A stretch of DNA of 64,000 nucleotides from positions 768,001 through 832,000 of the forward strand of contig CAVUDP010000004.1 in the NCBI GenBank assembly GCA_963740315.1, written 5' to 3'. The stretch is from an uncultured cyanobacterium (GTDB taxonomy: Bacteria; Cyanobacteriota; Cyanobacteriia; Cyanobacteriales; Nostocaceae). Of this stretch, positions 30,973 to 42,059 are shown one piece after another. How positions within the stretch are numbered: the stretch's first letter is position 1; every line of letters begins with the position of its first letter. The position numbers and the translations under genes are program-made. Under the pieces are notes generated by a model, which saw nothing but the letters and a program-made list of their open reading frames with translations, was not told the origin of the DNA and did not search any database.

Positions 30973-32852
30973 CGAGTCAATCTCCCCCTTGGAGTTACAT
31001 CAAACTCTGATTTAATCCTCACACCCAGAACTGTTTCGTTAAAGTCGTCTCTTCCCTGAACGGAAAAACCTAATCGTAAATTGGAAAGAAACTGAAAGTC
31101 GTAGTAAAGCTCCAATACATCAAGCTGCTTTCCTTCACGCTCATCTTCGTTAGATAAAGCGCGTCCGTAAGCTAATCCCAATCTGTCATCGGGGGTAAAT
31201 AAATCTAAGAAACTAGCGCCGAAAACGTATGTATCCGCACCTTCTCCTAAATCTCGATTTTCGTAACGTCCGTAACGTCCAAAAAGTCCTAGTTTCATCT
31301 TGGGAATAAAAACTTCAGCATTTAAACCGTATGCTTCCTCGCGATCGTCCTCCAAAACTCCAAACTGATTGTTTCCGCGATCGATTTGAAAGCTTTGGGG
31401 AAAAGAATCGCGATTTCCAGCATCTCTGGCAGTACTGTAAGTACCGCGAATAATGGCATTACCATAACGAACGCCAACTTCACCAGCAAATCCATCCAAA
31501 CTAAATTCGCTCAAACTATCAGATGACGAAAAAACAGCAGCTTTAGCGTCAATATTATCCGTTACGCTCCAGTTAACTAACAGTCCAGGCTTTGAACCTA
31601 TTCCTGTCGATGCTAAAGCTGGATTAGTTTGAAACACCGGATTAAAAAATTGGCTGGCTCCATCTTTAGCAAAGCTATTGCGATCGAAATAAGATGTCAA
31701 ATCTAACTGACCAACTGCAAATCGTAAATTAGGTAAACCCGTCAGAGATGTTGCTAGATAAAGTTCGTTGATATTCAAACCTTCCCGGCGGGAATCATCA
31801 AACGAGCTACCCTCACTCGTCAAATCCAAAGTTGCACCAAACAATACTTGAGGAGTCAACGGATAAGTTCCCGAAAGTCTAGCTCGTGCTGAAGTATCAC
31901 CTCCTTGAGTTACATAAACACCTTCGGCTCTTAAAGAAGATTCCTTTAAAGCCGCACTGCTTCTTAAAGGGTTTAACTCATTGTTTTGTGGAACTAGTGG
32001 TGCCTGCGAACGAATGAGCGGCGATCGCCGTGGGGGGGTTATTCCCGGTTGTGGAGTCAGTGGAGCAGATGGACGCATCCCTCCTTGGGAATTGAGCAGC
32101 GTATTAAAAGTAGGTGTTGAAGTTACAGAAACTGAAGGTTGCTTCATCCGATAAGCATCAAGCATTTGTTCAAATGTCGGTGCAGTTTGGGTAGCAACAT
32201 TAGGGTATTCTGGGGAATTTCTGGTTCTTGAATTCAGTAGTTGATTGAATGTTGGTGCATTCGCTGTATTCGTCTGTTGAATAGGATTGCTGCCTGGAAG
32301 TGGCGGTAAAGGAGCAATTGTAGCTTGATTAAATTCTGGAGAAGTAAATTCTAGACTGTTACCAGGAGGTGCTGGTAATGGAACTTGAGCATTGATTTGC
32401 CTACCCTCATAAATGCCGGTACGAGGACCACCTATAGGTTTTGCATTCCTTTGTACTGCTATGGATTGCTCAATTGCGCGTTTAGTTTTACCAGTTATCT
32501 GTTCCTGAATAAAAGTATTCTCTAGCTGTTTGATGTTTTTATAGGGTAAATACCGTTGCGATCGCGTTGGTGAAGTAGCACCAATCTTAGAATTGGGTGG
32601 TGGTGGTACTGCTTGTAATTTAAGTTTTGTTCTTCCACTGGGTATGGAAGACTGTGGAACTCGCAGCAAGTCTCGTGAATCCGAAGTTTTATTGGCTTGA
32701 AGAGGCAGGGATATCATTTGAGCTTGCGAACTATCGCCTAGACTCAAAGTCCCTAACATTGAGATAGAAGCAGCACAAAACAGCACGCAGGGCTTGGGTT
32801 TGTGCAATTTTATCAAAAGAAATTTTTTACGCTTTAGTATTTTAGGCTTCAT
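30969..32852 (-). CDS. Outer-membrane beta-barrel (OprB carbohydrate porin-like) with long Pro/Gln/Thr-rich N-terminal region
   Basis: Signal peptide, about 260 aa low-complexity region, then amphipathic strands with INELYL, GQLDLTSYFDRNSFAKDGASQFFN, GLFGRYG, LELYYDFQ. Confidence 0.72.
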   Translation of the reverse strand: MKPKILKRKKFLLIKLHKPKPCVLFCAASISMLGTLSLGDSSQAQMISLPLQANKTSDSRDLLRVPQSSIPSGRTKLKLQAVPPPPNSKIGATSPTRSQRYLPYKNIKQLENTFIQEQITGKTKRAIEQSIAVQRNAKPIGGPRTGIYEGRQINAQVPLPAPPGNSLEFTSPEFNQATIAPLPPLPGSNPIQQTNTANAPTFNQLLNSRTRNSPEYPNVATQTAPTFEQMLDAYRMKQPSVSVTSTPTFNTLLNSQGGMRPSAPLTPQPGITPPRRSPLIRSQAPLVPQNNELNPLRSSAALKESSLRAEGVYVTQGGDTSARARLSGTYPLTPQVLFGATLDLTSEGSSFDDSRREGLNINELYLATSLTGLPNLRFAVGQLDLTSYFDRNSFAKDGASQFFNPVFQTNPALASTGIGSKPGLLVNWSVTDNIDAKAAVFSSSDSLSEFSLDGFAGEVGVRYGNAIIRGTYSTARDAGNRDSFPQSFQIDRGNNQFGVLEDDREEAYGLNAEVFIPKMKLGLFGRYGRYENRDLGEGADTYVFGASFLDLFTPDDRLGLAYGRALSNEDEREGKQLDVLELYYDFQFLSNLRLGFSVQGRDDFNETVLGVRIKSEFDVTPRGRLTR

Positions 32853-33071
32853 TACCCCAGTTAGTTAATGTATAAGTAAATATTTACGCTGTATAATGTC
32901 GCCACCTTAACAAAAAAAATCCATATCATCGACGGGATAATACGTACTTTGCTCAGATCGTAAAGTTACAAGAAGAATTGGTAAAGATACTCATTTTGCG
33001 ATCGAATTTGGGCAGAATAAATAAAAATGTGGAAATTACACATTTAACCTGCTTTTATTAACATCCATTTT

Positions 33072-33827
33072 ATGAAACAGCAACATTTTCGATTTTTAAG
33101 CAAAACTTCTTTAGTTGTCGCTTCAGGTATGCTTTTATTCATTAGCTCTGGTTGCACAAATAAATCACAAAATGAAGTACAGCTAGAAATACAGGGCATA
33201 CAGAGAGAAGACAGCAATGGTTTATACAAAGTTGTAGGCAACTCTAATTTACCCGAATCTAGCCGTATTGCCGTTACGGCAGTTCGCTATTTGCGAGCAA
33301 CCCCAGCAAACGCCGAAGAAAGACTCGATGATGGAAATATAAACCGTTCAATTTTGGCTCGCCAAATCGTAGAAGTCAAACAGGGAAAATGGGAAGCAGA
33401 CTTAAATCTTTGGCAAGTAGCAGCCAGCGGTAATTTTCAGGAAGCATGGCAGTTGAATCAAGATTACAAAAAATCGACTCCTGAAAGTGAAGTAACTTTT
33501 ATTGCTACTTTTAATCCTGTAGGTCAATTATCATCTTCAGATCAACAAAACTCTCAAAACTCTGCCCCGGAATACCAACTTGAAGGTAAATCCCTGCGTT
33601 TTACCAATGAAGGTGAAAAATACGTACAAGCAAGTCAATATCGCTCTATAGGTTTACCTGTAGGCAAAACAACACCACCTCGTTTACAGCCAGAAGATTT
33701 TAATGATGGCTGGGGAAATCGATATCAAATTAAACCTCAACCGCAAGATTCAAGACCGATTTTACCTCCGCTAGCAAAATCTCAGCAGACTAATTTCCCT
33801 CTGCAAACTACTGAGTTTATACGGTAA
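33072..33827 (+). CDS. Hypothetical lipoprotein
   Basis: Basic N-terminus, hydrophobic stretch, SSG-C lipobox-like site; divergent from the bcs operon. Confidence 0.7.
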   Translation: MKQQHFRFLSKTSLVVASGMLLFISSGCTNKSQNEVQLEIQGIQREDSNGLYKVVGNSNLPESSRIAVTAVRYLRATPANAEERLDDGNINRSILARQIVEVKQGKWEADLNLWQVAASGNFQEAWQLNQDYKKSTPESEVTFIATFNPVGQLSSSDQQNSQNSAPEYQLEGKSLRFTNEGEKYVQASQYRSIGLPVGKTTPPRLQPEDFNDGWGNRYQIKPQPQDSRPILPPLAKSQQTNFPLQTTEFIR

Positions 33828-34042
33828 TTAGTAGAAGCTTAAGATTTACGCAATTAGCACCAAGTTCTCGGTGCGGCTACTTGAGCCGCACCATCAATAA
33901 TATAAAACTGTAAAAGCCTTGGCTCGTTGAGATTTCAATCAAACTTAACTAAACAAAAAGAATCTTTCGGGTGATTTTTATATAGTTATTTGACTAAAGT
34001 TTATTTTTTACCGGAATGGCCGCAACTAGCACAATTGTTATT

Positions 34043-34106
34043 GTAGGGTGTGTGACGCTTCAATAAATTTTGTACGTGGTTATAAGACTTGTAGCGTCAC
34101 GCACCA
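34043..34106. repeat. GTAGGGTG REP-like element; related copy at about 57114-57146
   Basis: gtagggtgtgtgacgct...agcgtcacgcacca versus gtagggtgcgttacgct...taacgcacca. Confidence 0.7.
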
Positions 34107-34406
34107 TTAATAGATTGTGACAATACCGTAAGTCCTGTTTTATAGAGAAATTCTATTTTTAAGATGTTTATTGAAATAAAAAGTCATATAGAAAGTACCC
34201 ATTTTATGTTTCAGTTAGAGAATAATAAAAATAAACTACTTGGGTACTTTAGAGGATATTTGTAAAGTTTCTTCTTAATACTTTATCTAGCGTTTAAAAA
34301 AATAAGTAGCATTAATTCATGAATTACTGCTACAAAAAGATATTTATTTTAGGACTTATGCACTTTTGATGAGTCGATCGATTTTTTGTACTTAAATCCT
34401 GAATTT

Positions 34407-35207
34407 TTAACCAAATTGAACTTGTTCGGGCTTGTATGTATCGTAGTGGATACTAATATCCGATTGTGTTTGAGCGGTATTTGTAGACTGAGACATTGGT
34501 GCCAGATTATTTTGCATTGCCTGCATTTGCAACATCATATCTTTAAGTTGTCTTTGTAATTGCTCAAACTCTGCTGGTGCTACGCTAGTTTGATTTGTTT
34601 GAGATATATTAGCAAGTTCTTTTTTGATATTGTTTGATTGAGTATATCCGAGGAAAGTTTGAGCAGAAGCAAACGCTGATGCTGCATTCGCGGATGTCGT
34701 GTTTTGTTCTATTTTAGATGCAGTTGCACCAACCGTTTCTGCTGGCGGTGTTTGCTCCACAACTGGTTGAGATACACTTGCTCGATTCAAAGTCGGATAA
34801 CCATTGCTTGCTGGGGATGATACTTGTTCATCTAAAAAATTATTCAGCCCAGAAACCTGTAGTCGAGTTTCTGAAAGTTTAAATTCTTTGAGTATTTCCT
34901 CTTTTTGCTGTAATTGCTGCTCTAATTGCGATATTTGTACTTCAATTTCTGCTGATTTGCGAGAGGATTTACGCCATCCGCAAAGTGCTATAGCAGAAAT
35001 TCCAGCCCCTAAACTAAGTCCTGTTGATATAACGACGTAAGGTAAAGCAACATCTCTAAGCTTACCAAAGAAAAGTGTTTCTTCTTGGAAGTTGATATTA
35101 ATTTGCTTATCACCTATTACAGCAAGCGGTAGTGTCATGGCTGAAAAAACAGCCGCAGAAGCTAAAACTGGAGGCAGAATAAATTTTGTTAATGCAGTTA
35201 GAGACAT
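34407..35207 (-). CDS. Hypothetical membrane-anchored coiled-coil protein
   Basis: Two N-terminal hydrophobic segments, Q/E-rich heptads, low-complexity linker. Confidence 0.75.
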   Translation of the reverse strand: MSLTALTKFILPPVLASAAVFSAMTLPLAVIGDKQININFQEETLFFGKLRDVALPYVVISTGLSLGAGISAIALCGWRKSSRKSAEIEVQISQLEQQLQQKEEILKEFKLSETRLQVSGLNNFLDEQVSSPASNGYPTLNRASVSQPVVEQTPPAETVGATASKIEQNTTSANAASAFASAQTFLGYTQSNNIKKELANISQTNQTSVAPAEFEQLQRQLKDMMLQMQAMQNNLAPMSQSTNTAQTQSDISIHYDTYKPEQVQFG

Positions 35208-35714
35208 ATTTAAAAGTTTGGTTATTCAAAAAAAACGGCAGATGCTTCAATTACTAATGCATGATTTGCTTTGCAGCAATCAAAGTAGTAATTGATTGTT
35301 TAACTCTATTAGTTTCTAATTTATTCGTTAAATACCTATGCCACAAGTGTTTAAAGATAAAGAAATCCGCAAAGTAAATAAATTTTTTATAAACTTTTTT
35401 TTCACTAGCTCGGCAAAACCCGATTTAGGCTTATCGAGCTTATATTTGAGCCTGTTTCAAAAAAAATACTTTTAGCGCTTTCTTATACTTAAGTAGTAGA
35501 TTACATTTGGCAAATATCTATCTAAAGTGTTATTTTGTTGTTTTGACTTAATTAATCTTATTACATGAATCTTTCTTCAAATATTTATTTAGTCAAATAA
35601 ATAGATATTTAACTTTTAAAAATATTGAGATGCAAAAATATGTAAGTGAACTTATCGGGTATCAAAGCCACAGTACAATTATCTAAAATTATTAAAAAAT
35701 AGGTTTGAGTAATT

Positions 35715-37400
35715 ATGCGTATTTATTATAAACTTTTATCTTTAATTGATAAATTGAAAAATTTTGTCAAAAATTTACTTTGGGTGTTTTCTCGGAGATG
35801 TTTTAATAGAACTAGAAAATACTGGAAAAATAAACAATTAAAAAAAATAAAATTCTACAATAAAATACTGATATTCATCATTACCTTAGTGTTTTGCTTG
35901 AATAGTAATTTGACAAATATGTTAATTAGCAATCAAGCCAACCTTGCCAGAGCAACAACAACCATACAGCTACCACTTTCAACTAGTGGCGCGAAAATCG
36001 TTGATGCCAAAGGAGATAGAGTATTACTGCAAGGTGTCAACTGGTTTGGCATGGAAACCGAAACTCACGCTCCCCACGGTTTGTGGAAGCGGGATTATAA
36101 AGAGATGCTGGCGCAAATCAAGAATCTTGGCTACAACTTGATTCGCTTGCCATATTCAGTCGAAGCACTGCGATCGCTATCGGTTAGTGGCATTGATTTT
36201 AGTATTGGTAGCAATCGAGAACTTGAAGGTAAAACCCCTATAGGAATAATGGACGCGATCGTTGAAGAAGCTCAACGTCAAGGTTTATTAATTTTATTAG
36301 ACTCCCATCGTCTTAACGATAAACGAATTCCCCAATTGTGGTACGGAGATGGCTATACGGAAGCTGATTGGATTAATACCTGGTTGCAGTTAGCTCAAAG
36401 ATACAAAAATCAACCTAATATTATTGGTGCAGATTTAAAAAACGAACCCCACGGTAAAGCTAGTTGGGGTACTGACGATTTAGCTACAGATTGGAGATTA
36501 GCAGCAGAACGTGCGGGAAATGCGATCGGAAATATAAATCCTAATTGGTTAATTGTTGTTGAAGGAGTAGAAAATAATGTTCCGGGACAATATTTAACTA
36601 ACCATTGGCAAGGTGGTAATTTAGAGGGCGTGCTTAAATATCCGGTACGTTTATCAGTTGGTAATAAGTTAGTTTATTCTCCCCATGAATACGGACTCTC
36701 TGTTTATAAGCAACCCTATTTTGATGACCAAAACTTTCCCAGAAATCTGATCGATCGCTGGCAAATCGGTTTTCACTATATTGCTAGTCAGCAGAAGGCT
36801 CCTATTTTAGTAGGAGAGTTTGGTGGACGTTTAAATGACAAGAAAGAAGTTATTTGGATGCGGGAGTTTGTTAAATACATCCATAATAAAAATCTCAGTT
36901 TTGCTTTTTGGAGTTGGAATCCAAACAGTGAGGATACGGGAGGTATTCTTTTAGATGATTGGAAAAATGTTGATTTACCAAAACAAAAATTAATTTCTCA
37001 ACTACTTCCAGTTAAATTTACTCAGATAGAAACTACATCAAATAGAATACAGCAACCACAAGAACCTCGGAATTCTAATCCCGTAATTTCTGACAACACT
37101 CAATTAAAAGCTAATACCATAATTTATTCGGATTGGCAAACGGGATTTTGTACCAGATTCAGGATTACAAACGATTCTTCAGAACCAGTTCAAAATTGGC
37201 AACTGGAATTTAACATGAATCAAGCTAAAATAAAAAATTCCTGGAATGCCAATTTTAAACAAGATGGAGATAAATACGCGGTAACTCCTTTAAATTGGGG
37301 AAAAATCATTGAACCCAAACAAGTACGGATTGTTGGATTTTGCGCTTCCAAGTTAGGTTCTAATTATTCTCCTCAACAAGTCAAATTACATACAAATTAA
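35715..37400 (+). CDS. GH5 endoglucanase with C-terminal CBM2-like module
   Basis: GVNWFG, NLIRLPYS, DLKNEPH (acid/base), YSPHEYG, VGEFGG (nucleophile), WSWNPNSEDTGG; C-terminal SDWQTGFC...NWQL...NSWNA...GFC; true start may lie downstream. Confidence 0.92.
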   Translation: MRIYYKLLSLIDKLKNFVKNLLWVFSRRCFNRTRKYWKNKQLKKIKFYNKILIFIITLVFCLNSNLTNMLISNQANLARATTTIQLPLSTSGAKIVDAKGDRVLLQGVNWFGMETETHAPHGLWKRDYKEMLAQIKNLGYNLIRLPYSVEALRSLSVSGIDFSIGSNRELEGKTPIGIMDAIVEEAQRQGLLILLDSHRLNDKRIPQLWYGDGYTEADWINTWLQLAQRYKNQPNIIGADLKNEPHGKASWGTDDLATDWRLAAERAGNAIGNINPNWLIVVEGVENNVPGQYLTNHWQGGNLEGVLKYPVRLSVGNKLVYSPHEYGLSVYKQPYFDDQNFPRNLIDRWQIGFHYIASQQKAPILVGEFGGRLNDKKEVIWMREFVKYIHNKNLSFAFWSWNPNSEDTGGILLDDWKNVDLPKQKLISQLLPVKFTQIETTSNRIQQPQEPRNSNPVISDNTQLKANTIIYSDWQTGFCTRFRITNDSSEPVQNWQLEFNMNQAKIKNSWNANFKQDGDKYAVTPLNWGKIIEPKQVRIVGFCASKLGSNYSPQQVKLHTN

Positions 37401-37403
37401 ACC

Positions 37404-37430
37404 AAAAAAAATCCCAGGCATTGCCTGGGA
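37404..37430 (-). terminator. Intrinsic terminator for rpoC2, between convergent genes
   Basis: tcccaggc-att-gcctggga stem preceded by A8 on +. Confidence 0.75.
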
Positions 37431-37478
37431 AAGGAAATTAAAGTTAGTTTTTTTTAACCGTATTATTCCAACTAAACT

Positions 37479-40400
37479 TTAATTATCATCATCATCATCG
37501 TCGTCATCGTTATCTTCAAATTCGCTTAAATCTCCTAAAAGACTATCGTCATCATCGTCGTCATCATCGCCCGTTTCATCCGAATCATTCTCATTCTGCA
37601 TTGGCGTTAAATCGTTGATAACGCTATTATCATTCATCCCAATGCGGCTCATCAATTCATTATCATCATCCAATATCGACGATGAAGCATTTTTACTCGC
37701 AAAACTATCCGTCATAGTTGGCGAATCCAAGTTGTAAGCCCGCGCTGTACGGTCATCTAAAACCATATCTAAGGGGTCGTCAACTTCATCCAGCACGCTG
37801 TTGCTCATGTCGGTAGCATAGTCATCAACTATACCCATCTCTTCATAAGCATTAAACCCAGTACCCGCTGGAATCAATCGTCCGATAATTACGTTTTCTT
37901 TCAAACCACGCAACCAGTCGGACTTGCCTTCGATCGCAGCTTCGGTCAATACGCGAGTTGTTTCTTGGAAGGATGCCGCAGAAATAAAGCTATCGGTGTT
38001 CAAGGATGCTTTGGTAATCCCCAACAACACTGGTGTATATTGCGCCTTGGCACCACCAGTAATCGACATCGCTTCGTTCACCTGCTCCACTTGACGCAGT
38101 TCGATCAATTCCCCAGGCAGCATTGTAGTATCGCCGCCGTCATCTATCCGCACTTTGGATGTCATCTGACGCACGATTACTTCGATGTGTTTGTCGGAAA
38201 TTTCAATTCCCTGGGATTGATACACCGACTGCACTTCGTTCACCAAAAACGTCTGCACTTTTTGCAACGCATGGCTGGCACAAGCATAAACCCCTTCATC
38301 GGAACCTTGGTTGAAAAATACTTCCAAGATTTCATGCGGATTGGAAGGACCATCCGTGAGCGGCTGTCCGGTTTCTACGGTTTGCCCTTCCGAAATTACC
38401 ATGTTTTGTCCGGGTCCCAAATTATAGTCGGTGACTACCCCACCCGCTTCCATAATCTTCAGCGCGATCGCCTCGTCTCCATCGCCATAAACTGGTTTAA
38501 CTTCGCCGCTTCTACGAGCTAATATACAGCCTTCTTTGGGTTTGCGAGCTTCAAGCAGTTCTTCAATTCTCGGTAAACCTTGGATAATATCCCCGGTTTT
38601 AGCCCGCTCAAATACCAACAACACCAAGTTATCGCCGCGCTGTACCAAGTCCGTATCGTCAACTTGCAGTATGGCACCGGGACTGACTCGGTAGGGACGA
38701 CCCATCCGCATGGTAACGTAATGACCGGACTCGCTCGATGGTACTATAGCTTGCCCTTCACCATCAAGAGCGTCCAAGGCTTTATGCCCGGTACCCACAT
38801 CAACTACCTGTCCCGATTGTTCTGCTAATATTCCCGGCGCAATTGCCGCTCCTTCTACCAGCAAATCGCCGACTTTACAGCTAGGAGCGTCGCCAACATT
38901 AACCGTGAATTTATCGCCCGTTCGCAAAATCAAACAGCGTCTGGGTGCATCGGTACCAACTTTAATCCCCTGAATCACTCCTCCTTCTTTACACAAGATT
39001 TGGGTACGCGCTACCACAGAACCCGGTTCGATGGTTTGTCCGTCTTCCACTTCCAAACTGGTTCTGGTACTACCTTGAGTCGCATCGGCATCAATATCGC
39101 GACGAATCACCAAAGATTCCAAAATTACCAGTTGCAAGCGTTGAATCTCTGGATCGTTTTCATCCACTACCAGTTCGATATCTGCCGCCAAAGGAGAAAC
39201 CGCATGTTCTTCGCCAGCAGCCCCAATCTCCAATACCAACTGAGTCCGCAGCAGTTCCACTCCTTCTACAGACTTAATCCGCTCCGAGTCTTTATAAGAT
39301 ATTCTTTGTACTGCTTTTAGCTGAATCGATCGCCCGCTTTCTTCGTTTGCCGAAGTCGTACTCGGTACGTCTGGATTGGTGGGGATAGGAAACTCCACTA
39401 CCGGACGGCTCAACACTGCCGGACCTTCTGGTGTTTCTACGTACTCGATATAGCGTAGTTCTGTAAAAGTTTTACCCATAAACTCTTCACCAGCTTGGAC
39501 GAAAGTACCGTCTTTACCCATCACTGCTTCTGGGTCTTCAACCATCAGCAATTCCCCTGGTTTAATCACCACTTCTCGCAAAATATCGTTTTTCTGAGTA
39601 ACTTCTACTACTCCGGTATTTTGACTGAAAATATCCTTGACGACTTCATCACCAGCATTCACCAGTTGTCCGTCTTCCACGATCAACAAGGAAATATCTT
39701 TATTTACTTCGTGGGTTTCTTCGGGTATCCACAGCAACGTACCTCCCTGCACCACTTCGTAACCGAGTTTCGCCTTACCTTTCTTCTGCACCTCTACCCC
39801 AGAGAATTTCAACAACCCTCCGGTTTCGGTGCGATAGCGATCGTCAATTAACTCCGCGACTACCTGAGAGTTTTGCACTTTGGTACCCGGAGTTGCTCTC
39901 AAATTAAATACCTGGTTGTTTGCCGTGGTAATTAAATAGTTATTCCGACCTTGAGAGCTTTGCACCGTCACCGCCGCTCGATCCAAAACGATCGAAGCCG
40001 TAATAATTTCAATCTCGCGAGTACTTTTACCCGGAGTCGCTTCCGGCAAGCGCACGCCACCGCCATGCTGAGAAGTTAACTTGCTTTCGGCAATTACCCC
40101 ATTGCTTTCAACGCGATCGCCATTATCAACTACTAATTCCGCACCGGGAGGTAAATTATATACTTCTCCCGACAAAATCCAAATCAAACCACCCCTAACC
40201 GCCGTAGTTGTAGTATTGCCCTGACGGTCGGTTTTTTGTTCCGCCACTACATCGGCGAACCTAACTTCTCCGGCAATATCGGAAGCAACATCTTTTACCG
40301 CTTTCTCAGTGTTAATCCGGGTAGTTCTCGCACCCAAAGCCACCTCAGCCAGCAGTTGCCCCTGTTTAATTTTAGAGCCGTTGGGCACGTATAAAGTCGA

Positions 40401-41630
40401 ACCCTTGGTGATATTAATTTCCATCGCCGCAGATTTTTGACTGCCGCTCGGTTCCAAAGTCATCGTCCCGTTTGCTTCCACAAACAAAGCATCTTCACCG
40501 TGACGAGTCCGGTAAGGTCTGGTGCGGAATTTACCCTTGAAACGCACCGTACCATCGGCTTTAGCTCGTACCTGTTGCGCCACTTCCCCGGTAAATACAC
40601 CACCCGTGTGGAAAGTACGCATGGTTAACTGAGTACCCGGTTCCCCAATACTTTGGGCGGCAATAATCCCTACAGCTTCTCCCAAATCCACCATTTTGGC
40701 GTGCGCCAAACTCCAGCCGTAACAATGCTGGCAAACGCTGCGGGCGGCTTCGCAAGTCAAAGGAGAACGAACTTCTACCGCTTCAACTCCAGCCGCTTGG
40801 ATAGTATCGGCGAGTTCTTCGGTAATCACCGTATTGCGAGTTGCCAGAACTTCACCAGTTTTGGGATGCACTACATTAACGTTAACCGACCTTCCCAAAA
40901 GTCGATTCCCCAGAGGAATCAATACTTTATCTCCCTCCTTCATCGGAGTCACCGGAATTCCCCGCGACGTACCGCAGTCGGTTTCGCGGATAATCACATC
41001 CTGGGATACATCCACCAAACGTCTGGTTAAGTAACCGCTATCGGCTGTCCGCAACGCCGTATCCACCAAACCTTTACGGGCACCGTAAGAAGAAATAATA
41101 TATTCCGTTACCGTCAATCCTTCCCGGAAGTTAGTTTTAATTGGTAAATCGATGATTTCCCCTTGCGGATCTGCCATCAATCCCCGCATCCCCACCAACT
41201 GCCGCACCTGAGAAATATTACCCCTAGCGCCGCTAAACGCCATCATATAAACACTGTTGAGGGGATTATTTCTCTTAAAGTGCGTTACCACCTCATCCTT
41301 GAGCGCTTCGGAAGTACCGTTCCAAGTATCAATTACCTTCTGAAAACGTTCAACTTCCGTAATTTCCCCGCGTTGATAGCGTTTCTCAGTCGCGCGAATT
41401 TCCTCCTCAGCAGCTTCTAGGAGCGATCGCTTAGAAGGAGGCACCATCAGATCGTCAACGCTAATAGAAACTCCCGCCTTAGTCGCGTAGCGGAAGCCCA
41501 ATTCTTTCAGCTTGTCCGCCATCACCGCCGTCCGCGCCGTACCGTAATTGTTAAAACCCCAAGCAATTAACTTTCTCAGTTGTTTTTTATCAACTACGCG
41601 GTTGCGAAAAATCATGTTTTCGTCAGTCAT
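37479..41630 (-). CDS. rpoC2: RNA polymerase beta' subunit (C-terminal part)
   Basis: [68 protein letters not shown]; Asp-rich tail. Confidence 0.99.
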   Translation of the reverse strand: MTDENMIFRNRVVDKKQLRKLIAWGFNNYGTARTAVMADKLKELGFRYATKAGVSISVDDLMVPPSKRSLLEAAEEEIRATEKRYQRGEITEVERFQKVIDTWNGTSEALKDEVVTHFKRNNPLNSVYMMAFSGARGNISQVRQLVGMRGLMADPQGEIIDLPIKTNFREGLTVTEYIISSYGARKGLVDTALRTADSGYLTRRLVDVSQDVIIRETDCGTSRGIPVTPMKEGDKVLIPLGNRLLGRSVNVNVVHPKTGEVLATRNTVITEELADTIQAAGVEAVEVRSPLTCEAARSVCQHCYGWSLAHAKMVDLGEAVGIIAAQSIGEPGTQLTMRTFHTGGVFTGEVAQQVRAKADGTVRFKGKFRTRPYRTRHGEDALFVEANGTMTLEPSGSQKSAAMEINITKGSTLYVPNGSKIKQGQLLAEVALGARTTRINTEKAVKDVASDIAGEVRFADVVAEQKTDRQGNTTTTAVRGGLIWILSGEVYNLPPGAELVVDNGDRVESNGVIAESKLTSQHGGGVRLPEATPGKSTREIEIITASIVLDRAAVTVQSSQGRNNYLITTANNQVFNLRATPGTKVQNSQVVAELIDDRYRTETGGLLKFSGVEVQKKGKAKLGYEVVQGGTLLWIPEETHEVNKDISLLIVEDGQLVNAGDEVVKDIFSQNTGVVEVTQKNDILREVVIKPGELLMVEDPEAVMGKDGTFVQAGEEFMGKTFTELRYIEYVETPEGPAVLSRPVVEFPIPTNPDVPSTTSANEESGRSIQLKAVQRISYKDSERIKSVEGVELLRTQLVLEIGAAGEEHAVSPLAADIELVVDENDPEIQRLQLVILESLVIRRDIDADATQGSTRTSLEVEDGQTIEPGSVVARTQILCKEGGVIQGIKVGTDAPRRCLILRTGDKFTVNVGDAPSCKVGDLLVEGAAIAPGILAEQSGQVVDVGTGHKALDALDGEGQAIVPSSESGHYVTMRMGRPYRVSPGAILQVDDTDLVQRGDNLVLLVFERAKTGDIIQGLPRIEELLEARKPKEGCILARRSGEVKPVYGDGDEAIALKIMEAGGVVTDYNLGPGQNMVISEGQTVETGQPLTDGPSNPHEILEVFFNQGSDEGVYACASHALQKVQTFLVNEVQSVYQSQGIEISDKHIEVIVRQMTSKVRIDDGGDTTMLPGELIELRQVEQVNEAMSITGGAKAQYTPVLLGITKASLNTDSFISAASFQETTRVLTEAAIEGKSDWLRGLKENVIIGRLIPAGTGFNAYEEMGIVDDYATDMSNSVLDEVDDPLDMVLDDRTARAYNLDSPTMTDSFASKNASSSILDDDNELMSRIGMNDNSVINDLTPMQNENDSDETGDDDDDDDDSLLGDLSEFEDNDDDDDDDDN

Positions 41631-42059
<429 letters not shown>

